A DNA stretch of 64,000 nucleotides from Chiloscyllium plagiosum (Eukaryota), in assembly GCF_004010195.1 (NCBI RefSeq), contig NC_057718.1, forward strand, positions 53,554,009-53,618,008. Reading direction: 5' to 3'. Under the pieces are notes generated by a model. The model did no database searches. It worked only from the letters and a program-made list of their open reading frames with translations, and had not been told where the DNA came from. Position 1 is the first letter of the stretch; every line of letters starts with the position of its first letter. A program made the translations under genes and the position numbers. Of this stretch, positions 26,500 through 37,943 are shown piece after piece.

Positions 26500-27465
26500 G
26501 TTCTTGCTGCTGAGTCTGCCCTTGTATTGCCTTGGGAAACAAAATCATTATATTTTGGCTGGGCTTCGCATTTACACACAGCGATTGATTTAGGCAACAG
26601 GACCGCATCCAGGAGGTCAGAAATCAGGCCACGGTGTGTGATGGGCTTTCTGGTGGAGGTCAAGAAGCCCCTGTGTTTCCACAGGGTTCCAAAATCATGT
26701 ACAACCCAAATGCATATCTGCTATCGGTGTAAATATTCACTGTCTTTCCCTCAGCCAATTTACAGGCCTCAGTCAAGGTAATCAGCTCTGCTGCTTGCGC
26801 TGACAGATGAGAAGGGAGTGATCCCACTTTGATTATCTCGTAGGTAGTCACTTCAGCATACCCAACACAATTCTGGCCTGTCTCCTTGCTCCTGAATGCC
26901 GACCCGTCCACAAAAAACTCCATATCTGGATTCTGAAGTGGTGAATCCTGCAAATCTGGTCTGGGACTGCAAATTTCATTAGTTACAGCAACACAATCGT
27001 GTGGGTCTCTGTCTCCTTCTGTGGGGAGAAGGCTGGCAGGGTTAAGGACGTTACATCGCTTTATTGTAATGTTAGGCATCTCCAATAGCACAGTATTATA
27101 TCGGAACCAACGTGCGGCTGACATGTGTGCAGTCCTTTCCTCGGAAAGCAGTAAGGACACTGCATGTGGGACCAGAAGGGTTAATTCACCATAGCCGACT
27201 ACATCCCTGGATGCTACAACAGCCTTTTCAGCTGCGGCCACGGCTCACAGACATTTAGGCAATCCCGCTGCTACGAGGTCTAGTTTAGCTGAAAATATGC
27301 CACCAGCCTCAATCTTCCCCCATGATCCTGCAACAGCACAGATGTCATGCAGCCACGCTTCTCATTTACCATTTGTACAAAAAGTTTGTTTGGATTCAGA
27401 ATTCCCAATGTAGGTGTAATTTGGAGCGCCTTTTTTAATTCAACAAAGGCACTCTCGTTCTGCAA
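26500..27465 (-). pseudogene. pol: RT connection domain and RNase H
   Basis: FFVDGS, SAQAAEL, NIYTDSRYAFG, GNTRADSAA. Confidence 0.95.
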
Positions 27466-28375
27466 CCTTTGCCATGGGCTGTGTCACTTAGGAGCGCCTC
27501 AAGGGTTGCGTAATGTGGGATAAACATTCTACAGTAGGAGCATGTGCCCAAAAAGGATAGTAATTGTTTCTTTGTGTGAGGCTTTGGAATTTGCTGGATT
27601 GTTTGAACTCTGTCTTGACCAATGGCCTTGCCTCGTTCAGATATTAAGTGACCTAAGAACTTCACCTGTTGTTGCACAAATTGTAGCTTTGCAAGACTGA
27701 CTTTGTGCCCCTCCCATGCTAGATGGCAGAGCAACACAAGAGTATCCTTCTAACATTGTTCCTTTGTTGGTGCCACCATCAAGCAATCATCTACTTACTG
27801 CAAAAGCATTGACCCCTGGGTTAGAACAAGAGTCTCCAGACTCCTGCTCAGAGTCCCATTATACATGGTGGGGGACTCACAGAAACCTTGACAAAGTTGC
27901 ATGAAGGTATATGATTTTTATTTGAATGAAAATGTGAACCAGAATTGACTATCTGGGTGTACCGGTACACTAAAGAAGGCATTTGCTAAATCCACATCAA
28001 AGAACCATTTACTGTCCGATGGAATTTGAGCTAATATAGTATAGGGGTTGGGAACATTTGGGGCACGCGGAACAACAGCGTTATTGACTGCCTGCAGGTC
28101 TTGAACAAACTCCATTCCTCTGGTTCACCTGGAATGTTTGCCTTTTTGACCGAAAAAATGGGGGTTCTCACCAGTGGGTTTTCACAGGGGATTATCACTC
28201 CAGCCTTTAGGAGGGATTCAAAGGCTGGAGTAATTCCTTCTATAGCTTCGGGTTTTAACGGGTATTGTGCTCTGCAAGGATGATACGCAGACTTCAGGGT
28301 TATCCTTATGGGTTCACAGCCCTGTATGAGCCCCACATCATGTTTGCCCTTTGGCCACATCTCAATAGGGGCCAT
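27435..28375 (-). pseudogene. pol: reverse transcriptase (inactivated)
   Basis: QYPLKPEAIEGI, VQDLQAVN, VDLANAFFSVPVHPDSQFWF; the catalytic YVDD reads TAA-GTA-GAT-GAT (*VDD) at 27797-27786. Confidence 0.95.
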
Positions 28376-28559
28376 TTTTAATCTTAGGTCCGAGACGTCT
28401 ATCTTAGGGAAACGCCAGGCTATCCCCCTAGGCTTGTCAGGGCTAGCAAGGGTTTACTTGGACTGTCCTATCTGCCTGAGTTAGCTAATTTAGTTTCTTC
28501 TTATATGTCCGCATATCTGCATTAAACCAGATACCCACATTGTCCCTGAAGACCCAGCT

Positions 28560-28960
28560 TTCGTTCTTTGTGCCTTTAGCACCCATGGTCCCAAATCCTG
28601 CCACCTGTCACCAGGCGCCTTCACCAGTGGCACGTGAGGAACGGAGCCTTCCACATCAAAAAGATAGAGTCTGCCTGCTGTTACAGATACCTTAGCTAAG
28701 TTCACACTGACTGCATATCTGTGATCACTCCAATAAAATTCGCACAATAACAACTGATCTGGTTTAACCAATCTCCTGAACCAATCCCTTTCATATGGTT
28801 TGTCAGGGCCGTCAGGGTGTATGTGTGCTGTGCAGTGCAACATATCTCCAGCAAGAAAATCGGTGTTAATAGGATTAACATGGTTACTTGCTTCCAGGGT
28901 GAGTGAATTGCTCACTGAACTTAGCGCTCTCTGGCTTAGTCGCCACTCATAGACATACAT
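28560..28960 (-). pseudogene. 2H phosphoesterase-like domain between protease and RT
   Basis: LHCTA (His codon 28837-28835) and PHVPL (His codon 28636-28634), 67 residues apart, in ORF 28490-29080. Confidence 0.75.
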
Positions 28961-29029
28961 CAGGGGTCGTGGGTGGTATTTTACAGCCAGCACTGGTAAA
29001 TCTTCCCTTTGAATCACCTGCAAGCCCTT

Positions 29030-29340
29030 TGGAGTACTGAGCAAGTCCAACCCCAGTCTCCCTATGAGATCCCGACCCAATCAGATTTAAAGGACAAAAT
29101 TCCAATAAGAAGAAGGAGAATAGGAATATTTCCCCGTTAGTAGTTTCGCATAATAGGGGTGCGGAAAATCTCTCCCCCACCACAACTCCTAATACATCCA
29201 TTGTGTTCAGGAACCTTTCACTCATCTTTATTTGTGTTGATTGTGTAAACTGGCTTAATTTAAAGACTGAGTATGTTGCCCCTGTACCTACCAAAAAGGT
29301 AACTGATGTACCTTCCACATATAACTTAGAGGTGGGCATT
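29030..29340 (-). pseudogene. pro: retroviral aspartic protease (active-site Asp>Gly)
   Basis: VTFLVGTGATYSV and CPLNL/GRDL flanking a frameshift. Confidence 0.9.
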
Positions 29341-29484
29341 AACTTATATGCATCATTGTGATATTGGACATATTGTCCACACTTTGCAATCTCAGTGCTC
29401 AACATGAAGGTGTGACATGTGTCAGTGCCCGTAAGGTTAGTAGAAGAGATCAGCATAAGCGAGTCTTCATTGCTGAGCATAAAG

Positions 29485-29543
29485 GGAAGAGGCTTACCTG
29501 TACCTTGTGGGCTGCCCTCCTCCACCTCAGCCTTCCCCTGTCA
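29485..29543 (-). promoter_or_regulatory. gag UGA stop with predicted readthrough pseudoknot
   Basis: TGA-CAGGGGAA-GGCTG-AGGT-GGAGGAGG-G-CAGCC-17 nt-CCTCTTCC; the TGA is in frame with the protease ORF. Confidence 0.65.
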
Positions 29544-30571
29544 GTTACCCTGTCGCTCAGCCTCCAGGGCCAATTGGGACTGTCTGTCCGGGTACTGCCT
29601 CGCCCAGTGGTCCATTGCTCCGCAAACAAAGCGCCTGCCAGATCTACCTCTGCCAGCGCCTCTTCCGCGACCTCTTTTTCTGCAGCACCTTCCTCCAACG
29701 GCTGGGTGACCATCTTTTTCGCTATTTTATCCTTCATTCCATTGATGAAGCTGTTCCTCAGGTGTGCTTCATACGGCGTGATTTCAGCTGCCATTATGTC
29801 TTCAGGTGGTCTCAGTCCACTATGGACATTATGGCCTTCAGTGAGGCGCGTAAGGTACTGGGACACTGTCTCATCTTCTTGTTGTTTACATATTGCTATT
29901 TTAGCCATGTCCATTCGCACTGGGAATGCCTCCCTACAGGCGGTTTCCAGCACTGCAACAAAAGCATTAACATCCCTGTTCCCTTCTGCCTGTGGGTTGG
30001 CTACTCTGGCATGAACGTTTATGGATGGCCAGTTATACTTCTCTTGGCCGTCTTGCTTCTTTCTGTTGTGGGTATGAGATGCTACTGGTGATTCAGCAGA
30101 CCCTGAGGCAGGGCCGCTGACTTGGAACCTTCGCCAGGCAGATCTCGTAGGGGGGACTGTAGGTCTCGGAGGGCAGTCATCAAGGTCAGGGTCTGGAACA
30201 GACTTAAGACACTGTACAGCTTCGTTAGGTTGTTTTCCACGTGTGTCTGTGTGTGCACTAGTGTTTGTACGCGTATTTGATCTATCCTTTACTTGAGATT
30301 TCCTTTCCCTGATATCAGCCTCAGCCTTCCACATGTTATAAGCACTCCAATTTACAGGTTCTAGTTTTCCCTTCCTTTTCTCCTTGTCTCTCTCTTCCAA
30401 CCTCGACCTCAATATTTCCAGCTGTCTTTTACTAAAACGTCCCCCCTCCTGAAAACCACATTCCTTGATCCACAATTCTGGGCCGTAATTATTTAGCATG
30501 TATTGTATTTTTGGTTGGCCACTCCAAGTCCTATGTGGACTCTCCTGTTGTTTGCTCTTGCCGGAGCCCAT
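29541..30571 (-). pseudogene. gag: gag (appears internally deleted, frameshifted before NC)
   Basis: MGSGKS myristoylation start at 30571; MA-like W..ECGFQEGGRFS; MHR KQQEDETVSQYLTRL; decayed knuckle RFVCGAMDHWARQYP. Confidence 0.9.
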
Positions 30572-31111
30572 TTTTAGTGTAACTGGAAAAGTATTCAGCT
30601 CTCTCTCTCGCTCTCTCACTCTCATGGTACCGTTATCTTTTCCCTTTGACTTGCTTTTACCTCCGGAGGTCCCCTCTCGCATTGGGCACATCCGCCTCAA
30701 TGCATTGGTTTTCATAAACCAAGAAACAACATACCCGGTATGTCTTAGGCGAGTCCAACGCAGCCAGTGGTGGTTCCAAGTCTAAAACCACCCTTAACCT
30801 TGCCGTCTCCTAAACACTCTAGAGACAGCAATCCCCTTCCCTAGGTGTTTTACTCTAATACCACGCGAGAGTTCACTGAACCCTTTTCTTGCTGTATTTA
30901 TTCTCTTAGAATGAGTCTCTATGCAGGATTACTTAACCCATGACTCTTACCCGACCCTATTTGATTCGAAACCCCGGCACTAGGGTGATCCACAGATTCC
31001 CAGTCCTCTCACGCAAAGGGGCCAATTCAGTGCCCAAGATGAAGTGAAAGACCTTCAAGGCGCTAGTGCCTGTGCCTCCTGGGAATCTTCAGAATATCAC
31101 CCAGTCGCGGG

Positions 31112-31130
31112 ATCCTGGAACGAGCCCCCA
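31112..31130 (-). promoter_or_regulatory. primer binding site, tRNA-Pro
   Basis: TGGGGGCTCGTTCCAGGAT versus canonical TGGGGGCTCGTCCGGGAT (one insertion, one mismatch), 7 nt from the LTR. Confidence 0.9.
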
Positions 31131-31137
31131 AGTTTAC

Positions 31138-31666
31138 TGTCGTGGAAATTAAATCGACTTGACTCAACTATTAGCAAGAACAAAGAAAGTGACTCCAGTA
31201 CACAAATGCTAGATGCCTTCATGTAAAGGAGTACCTTAACACGGTATAGACACTTGCTTTATTCTGTTTCTTATCACACTCTCAAGGATGAATCCCCTAG
31301 TCTTAGACATAACAGTTCTTTAGCTTTCGCTGAGTTCGACTATCACAAGGTCGAGTTGAATGTTTACAGAATTCAAACAGAGATAAAATCTTCGAAGAGA
31401 AAGTGAGGACTGCAGATGCTGGAGATCAGAGCTGAAAATGTGTTGCTGGAAAAGCGCAGCAGGTCAGGCAGCATCCAAGGAACAGGAGAATCGACGTTTC
31501 GGGCATAAGCCCTTCTTCAGGCATGACCTGCTGCGCTTTTCCAGCAACACATTTTCAGCTCAGACAGACATGCCTTCATCAAAGCATTGTTTAACTTATA
31601 CAGCATTAAGTTAAAGAAACGCATTCTCTTTCGAATTTCACAATAAATGGATAATTTTCCATTACA
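31138..31666 (-). repeat. 5' LTR with PLE terminal insertion (~31381-31570) and a 26-bp deletion
   Basis: Aligns to the 3' LTR with about 15 substitutions in ~335 aligned bases (manual count). Confidence 0.95.
31493..31520 (-). ncRNA. minimal hammerhead core (PLE family A)
   Basis: CUGAAGA-A-GGGC(UUAU)GCCC-GAAAC-GUC. Confidence 0.7.
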
Positions 31667-32823
31667 AAAACAAAATCCCATCTAACTCCAACACTGGTGA
31701 CTCAGATCCAATAAGTCCTAACTTTGTAAACATATTTGCAGTTGCTGAGTTCAACAATGACAATCAGATTCAGATCATTGGAGGCTCACAACGCTGCAGC
31801 TGAACCTGGAACATGTAACAGCTCCAGGGTTATCTGCATGTTAAGTCCTCTAACTTAAGTGCTAAAGACAATATGAGGGTCAGTTACAGGTGCTTAAACT
31901 GTTGCCACAGCAGCCGAGTTTGCCAGATTGCAGAAAGATGCTTCTTCCAGCTTCTAAGTTATTGCAGACTGAATTACAGACAAGGGCCAAAGAGTGCATC
32001 CTAGGTTGGATGCTAACCATGCCTCTACTGGAAGCCTCTCCTGCTGACATGTGGGGACTTTCTGGAATAGAATGCTGTTTCCTTCTGGCTAAGAACTGCA
32101 GACACGCAACCTCTAAAGGCATAGCACAAATGCCTACTAAAGAAACCGGCAAGTCCATCTGAAGAATACTAGTCTGGGAGTATACAGGGAACTTGCCTAG
32201 CTTTTTGGAAAGCCGTCTTCATTGCCTTTAGGATCTTTGTTATAGCAGAGCACCAGTAAAAATCTTTTTAAAATCAGCCTGGATCTCAAGTGATACCCAC
32301 ATGCACTGGTGCTTGGTCTTCAGTTGCACTCAGTTCCTTTAGAGACAGGTAAAGCAGAGGTCCCAGTGTAGGAAATTTTTGCCTGAATATCTGTTGCCTT
32401 CTATACTAATAGCTATTTTTGCAACTGGAAGGCAGTAACTCCTAACTGCCAAGAGATTCATATCAACATACCATAGCCAAGTACCACTACATAGATACTA
32501 CTGCGCAGGAACACTAGACAAGTCCCGGTCACCATTGTGTTTTCAAGGCAAGCACTGTTTACTTTAAGAAAACCAGTCTCAACAAGTAGATTATGCATTA
32601 AAACTAAAATTAGATTATCATAAACAAAGAAAGGGAAAATAATGTGAGAAATCTTCCCTACCCAGTACAAGATGAAAATTAGACAACATAAAAATCAAAG
32701 TTAAGGAACCCGAAGAGTGAAAATTTTAAACAATGTCTAGCTTTAAAATAGGAATTGGAAAGGTAATTATCAAGTTTAATTCTATATTAAAAGTAAGGAA
32801 TTTGAATATCCCAACTGTGTGTT

Positions 32824-33533
32824 CAGATATCCAAGATGGCGGCGGAGTAAGGCTCCTGAGCTGGAGCTCATCCACTCTAACTGCTTTTCTTCTCTTTGAT
32901 TTCTATCTTTTATTTTACTTACATATCTGCTGAGCTCAGATGTCATTGGTGGTAGACCTTGTGACCCTGAGTGAGCCCTGCACAGAAGAGACTATGCCCA
33001 GTGCGGATCTTGAGCCTTTGTAAAACTGGAACCATGGAGGCACCGGCAGCCATGGAGCCTGGAAACAGCTGGTGCCCAGCAGGAGCCCAGATGATGGCAG
33101 CAGTGAGCGACGATCAGCGGTGAAGGCTGGTAGCAGCAGCAATGCAGTTTTTGGGGCCCAAGACTTGTGAGCAACAGTGAAAGCCTGGCATGCCCAGGTG
33201 GGTCTTAGCCAAGCGCAGGTGAAAGCATGCCCAGCATGGGGTAGGGCGAGCGGTCTTGGGGAAGTTCTGCTTGGAGCATCTGCAGGCCTGTGCCTCAAAA
33301 AAGGACCGTAATGATTGACATTTTAATTTTAATTCTTTATTTTTCTACTTTTATGCTAGGAAAACAGTAACTTTTTAACTTATTTCTTTATTTCTCTATT
33401 TTTGTGATTAAGGTTTTGGACCTAGGTATTCTTAACCTACATTGACATCGTGTGTAGTGATATTGTACACTTTTCACTGTATTCTTATACTCTGTATTTT
33501 AGTATACATGACAAAAAATCTTAAAGCTAAATC
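32824..33533 (+). mobile_element. composite non-autonomous retroposon, short copy
   Basis: CAAGATGGCGGC head, T-rich tract, GC-rich middle, T-rich tract, tail cttttcactgta...tacatgacaaaaa similar to the Rex/Babar 3' end. Confidence 0.6.
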
Positions 33534-34717
33534 AGAACTAACTTTAGATTTATAGAAGTTCTAACAATGTGGCTTTGTTTCTTTCATTATCGAGAGACAA
33601 AAATGAAGTAGATCTTGCGAAACAGAGTTTTCTGGAATTTAACAAAATTCCAGTAGTTAATGTATGTACAGGAAACAGCTGAGTGTTCCAGAAGTCATTT
33701 TCAGCAGTGTTCTGGATTGTTGAACATGTAAGACCTTTAATTGTCAATATTGGTGCTCAATTCACTGAGGATGAAAATAAAAACAAAAACAAGCATGAGC
33801 CATGGCCCCGGATGCTGCCTGAATTGCTGTGCTCTTCCAGCACCACTGATCCAGGCAGATTGCTGTCTGGCCCACTATTTGAGCACCATGGGCTGCTTAT
33901 GCAGGGCACTGCTGTGGTGTCTTGGCCACCTACAAAGTGATTCTGCCCTATACAAAACAGCTGTGTGCCAGATGCAATAGATCCATAATAGGCACTGTCA
34001 CTCGAGCTGATTCAGAGAGAGAGTATTCCTCATACGAGCAATGTAATAAAAAAACTGCCAATACATTTACAATTATCTTAAGCTAAAAATGTAATATTAC
34101 TTTGTTCTAAATGCAGGATTTAAATGTATAATTCTCAAAGGGAGTAATTCTTTTTTCATATTTTACATTTCAATATATTATTTATGAACAAAATCCTCTA
34201 CCCCGTGTTTTGAAGCATATGCTGCTGTGATGTAGAGAAATTCAGCTTGTAGCATTGTACCAAGGGAATACTCTTGCTTCCCTTCATCTAATCCTTGTTG
34301 ACTAAAAGACCACAGCAATATAATTGCAAACTGTCTAATTTAGCATCACCGATTTCTACAGAGTATGAATGTTAATGAAAATGTTGCTTTGTTTTTGAAA
34401 CAGATGATATTAAATTGCATTTGCAAATGAATATTGCATAGGTCTTAATAGAATAAGATTCTTAACATGGAAAAATCAAATTCTGTCTTTTAAATTATAT
34501 TTGATAAGATTTGCCATGCAGCACTCACTCAGCTAACAAGAAAATGTCTGCTTTGTCAAAATTGAGCTATTTTCTTCCTTTTGACTTGTTTTTACTTGTC
34601 ATCTTCACAGCAAGTTTTTGCCTTGGCTTGTCTTTGCTAAATGCAGCCCAATTGCTGACGTAAACTATAATCTGATGTTGGCAGCATAGCCAGCCACTAA
34701 TCCTGCTAAAATGAACA

Positions 34718-34869
34718 AGAGAGTCGACATTTCAGGCATAAGCCCTTCACCAGGAATAGCTTATGCCCAAAAAATCAACTCTGCTGCTCCTCAGATGCTG
34801 CCTGACAGGCTGTGCTTTTTCAATGCCACACTTTTTGACTCTCCAGCGTCTGCGGTCCTCGCTTTCTCC
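34718..34869 (+). mobile_element. PLE terminal fragment (family A)
   Basis: Flanked by duplicated tcctgctaaaatgaaca. Confidence 0.8.
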
Positions 34870-35232
34870 TGCTAAAATGAACACTTATTCCCCAGGAAAA
34901 GGAACATTTCTTGAAAGTAGATGAAGCGATCGGGACTTATTTAACCTAGCATAACCAACTAACCTGCAACTAAACAATACTATAATCGCCAGTAGCTACT
35001 ATGATTTCTACATAATTCTTCCCCACTTATTTTTGCAATCACAGCAATATTCAGAAACAGCATCCAAGACTGTAGCAGCATTTTTCTTTAAAGTCTCATC
35101 CAAAAGACAGATCTCTAATTCAGTACAACTGTGGTATCACACTAGAAATATCAGCCGAGATTATGTACTTACATTTCTAGAATGAACTCACAGTCTTCGG
35201 GTTTAAGGGCAAGCATGCTACATCTGAACAAA

Positions 35233-36068
35233 GGAGAAAGTGAGGACTGCAGATGCTGAAGATTAAAGTCGAGAGTGTGGTGCTGGAAAAGCACAGCAAG
35301 TCAGGCAGCATCCGAGGAGCAGGGGAATTGACGTTTTGGCCATAAGCCCAGAGGTGGAATGAGTAGAGTGTGTCAAGTTCTGGGAGTGGTCGTCAACAAC
35401 AAGCTTTCTTGGACTCTTCATGTGGACGCACTGATACAAAGGCTCAATAACATCTCTTCTTCCTCAGGCAGCTGACAAAATTTGGCATGATGGCGAATAC
35501 CCTTGCCAATTTTTATAGGTACACCATCGAGAGCATTCTGTCTGGGTGTAACTGTACCATTCAAGATTGGAGACAGTTACAGAGAGTAGTGAACTCAGCC
35601 TGGACAATCACAAAGGCCAACCTCCCAACTATAGAATCCATCAACTAGACCCGCTGTCAAGGAAAGGCCACCAGCATTCTCAAAGATCCGTCCCACCCTG
35701 GCAATGCTTCTCTACAACCTTTACCATCAGGGAGAAAGTACAGAAGCCTGAACACACTCACCAGCCGGTTTCGAAACAGTTTCTACCCTACTGTTGTTAG
35801 AATACTGAATGGACTCACAAACTCTTAGCATTCGCCTGTACCTGTTTTTTTTATTGTTTTTGCCGCTGTTTACCAACTATTTACTTACCTCTGCTATTTA
35901 ATTGTGTGATCTGGTTGTATTGCAAGCAAGACAAAGCTTTTCTCTGTGCCTTGGCACACGTGACAATAAATTCAATTCAATTCAATTCAATTATACCTGA
36001 AAAGCTGATTCTCCTGCTTCTTGGATGCTGCCTGACCTGCTGTGCCTTTCCAGCACCACACTGTCTAT
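35233..36068. mobile_element. PLE terminal palindrome split by a Rex/Babar LINE
   Basis: Arms at 35233-35349 and ~35993-36066; duplicated atctgaacaaagg outside. Confidence 0.8.
35350..35990 (+). mobile_element. Rex1/Babar-type LINE 3' fragment
   Basis: Decayed VKF.GV...NKLSW..HVD and LFFLRQL.KFGM motifs, FYR.TIESIL, RFRNSFYP; ends gtgacaataaa(ttcaa)n. Confidence 0.8.
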
Positions 36069-36409
36069 ATCTGAACAAAGGCTAACATAAGGAGTAATCA
36101 ACAAACTACATATCTGTGAAAGTTTTGGCCGATCACAAATGATGCCAAGTTTCTGAGTTAGAAGGAAAGAGAAAAGTAGGAGAAAAACACAAAACAGGGA
36201 AAGAAAACATTTGAGAGGCACATATGGACTACCAGAGTATAAAAACAGAAAATAGATCAACATAGTCTTTGACCCATCTTACATTTACTGTTTTGTTGTG
36301 CCTAGTTGATCCAGACAACTTAGGAATAGACTAAGGAAATTAATAATAAATCAGCCTCCATTAATAAATCATCTTAAATAAGTCACAAGAGTGTGAAGAA
36401 AAAGTGATA

Positions 36410-36790
36410 TTAAAGCAAAGCCTGAGAAATTAGGCCAGGTGACAAACCTTCTTGAAGAGGTACTTTTTCAAATAAAATCTGGAAAGAGGAGAGAGAGGAG
36501 CTGAGTCGGTTCGAAAATGAATTCCTAATCTTAAGGCCTAGACAGCAGAAGGCATGGCCTAGGCACCTGACGACAGAATTTTCAATGATGAGATCAAGGA
36601 AACAGCGGATGGGCAAGAGACCAGAATCGGAGGAGCACAGAGTTTTTGGCAAGTTATGGGCCTGGGGAAAATGAAAGGAATAGGGAAAATGAAGTCAATG
36701 CGGAATTTAAACACAATGGCAGGAGCTTTCAAACTGAGATATTTGGGAAGGGTATGTGAGCAGGAGGATGGATAGAACCTTATTTTAGTT
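36410..36790 (-). mobile_element. L2-type LINE 3' remnant
   Basis: Decayed L2-like end (AF..LG.KI.NS motif in ORF 36410-36652). Confidence 0.45.
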
Positions 36791-37851
36791 AAAGGGGAAA
36801 AGAAATTATGTTCGGGACAGAAACCTCGTGAATAAAACATAATAACATTTTGTGTAAAATATAAACATCAGAACTTCAAAATTTATATCCTGGTGGAATT
36901 CTTTTTAAACAGACCCAACATATCAATTCTCAAAGATATTTATTATGATCAAATTCACAAAATTGAAAAGTTACCACAACAATTAAACAAATTGATAAAG
37001 ACCTCCTATATTAAAAATACCCAACATCAGATTTCAAAGCAAAGAAAATCCACAGAACTCTTTGTACCATGTTATCACTATCGCTTAAAGATTAACTCTA
37101 TTCATATTTAATGGAACCTTTCTCCAGAAAGCAAGATTTCACTTGTTCTTCAGAATATATTATAAAGGAACCCAGATGTGTTGATACAATGGAAGTGTTC
37201 TTTTTCTGTGCCAAAAATGCAATTAGGGACTTCTCTGGTAATGTAATGGTTCTGGTTACATGTGATGTAAATCTTACCAAATGGAACATAGGGCCTGCAG
37301 CTCTGGATCCTCTTTAACCAGCTTTGTTTTTTGTTTGATTTTAAATATTTTCCCACCCTACCTATTGGAAATACTCCCAACATACTCGTAGAAAGTTCTG
37401 TGCACAGGGAAATCCTTTGATCTTAAAAGCTGCAAATGTTCGCAACTTGTTCCACTAAATCTCAAAGCTAGCCATTGTTGCTTTGAAAGTGATGGTTAGA
37501 AATATAATACAACATTTAAACAGTTAAACTGTCTCTGCCCGTTGAATGGAAAAACCTAATCTTCTCTAACTTAATTTATGTTAAACAAATCAACTAGATT
37601 GAAATTAACTAATATGTCAGGGTCATGAAATGAATCAGGGAACTTAGTAATGACAATCCCAATTCATATGTTCACTGAGCATTACCATTTCTTGCTCCAG
37701 ATGATTTGGTTAGAATTAAATGGTTAGCAGATGTAAATTTGCCTTTGGTCTATTGTTTCCATGATATTAGTGAATTGTTCAATAGTGCAGAACTTGCATT
37801 GAATGTGACTGAGCTTTTTTAAAAGCTATCATTCTAATCAACCTGTTCAGG

Positions 37852-37943
37852 GATGTTATTACACGCCTCTTGAATGGATGGGACTCGAACCAGGCCCTCT
37901 CAGTCCAGGGGCAGGGACACTACCACTGCACCACAACAGGGCT
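37852..37943 (-). mobile_element. short tRNA-derived SINE head
   Basis: A box TGGTGCAGTGG and B box GGTTCGAGTCC; relatives at 56538-56990 and 61177-61255. Confidence 0.6.

Larger units (their letters stand above)
24807..31666 (-). mobile_element. class I (gamma/epsilon-like) endogenous retrovirus, defective, env-less
   Basis: Paired TG...CA LTRs, AAAAC at 24802-24806 and 31667-31671, PBS, PPT, and gag-PR-RT-RNase H-IN order with retroviral motifs. Confidence 0.97.

Noticed and set aside
29358..30091. Long plus-strand ORFs (218 and 194 aa) as antisense viral genes
   Set aside because: They shadow gag codons and show no recognisable motifs.
30572..30715. 48-aa N-terminal gag extension (glyco-Gag-like)
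   Set aside because: Charged, partly microsatellite-derived, with no signal anchor; MGSGKS at 30571 is the better start.
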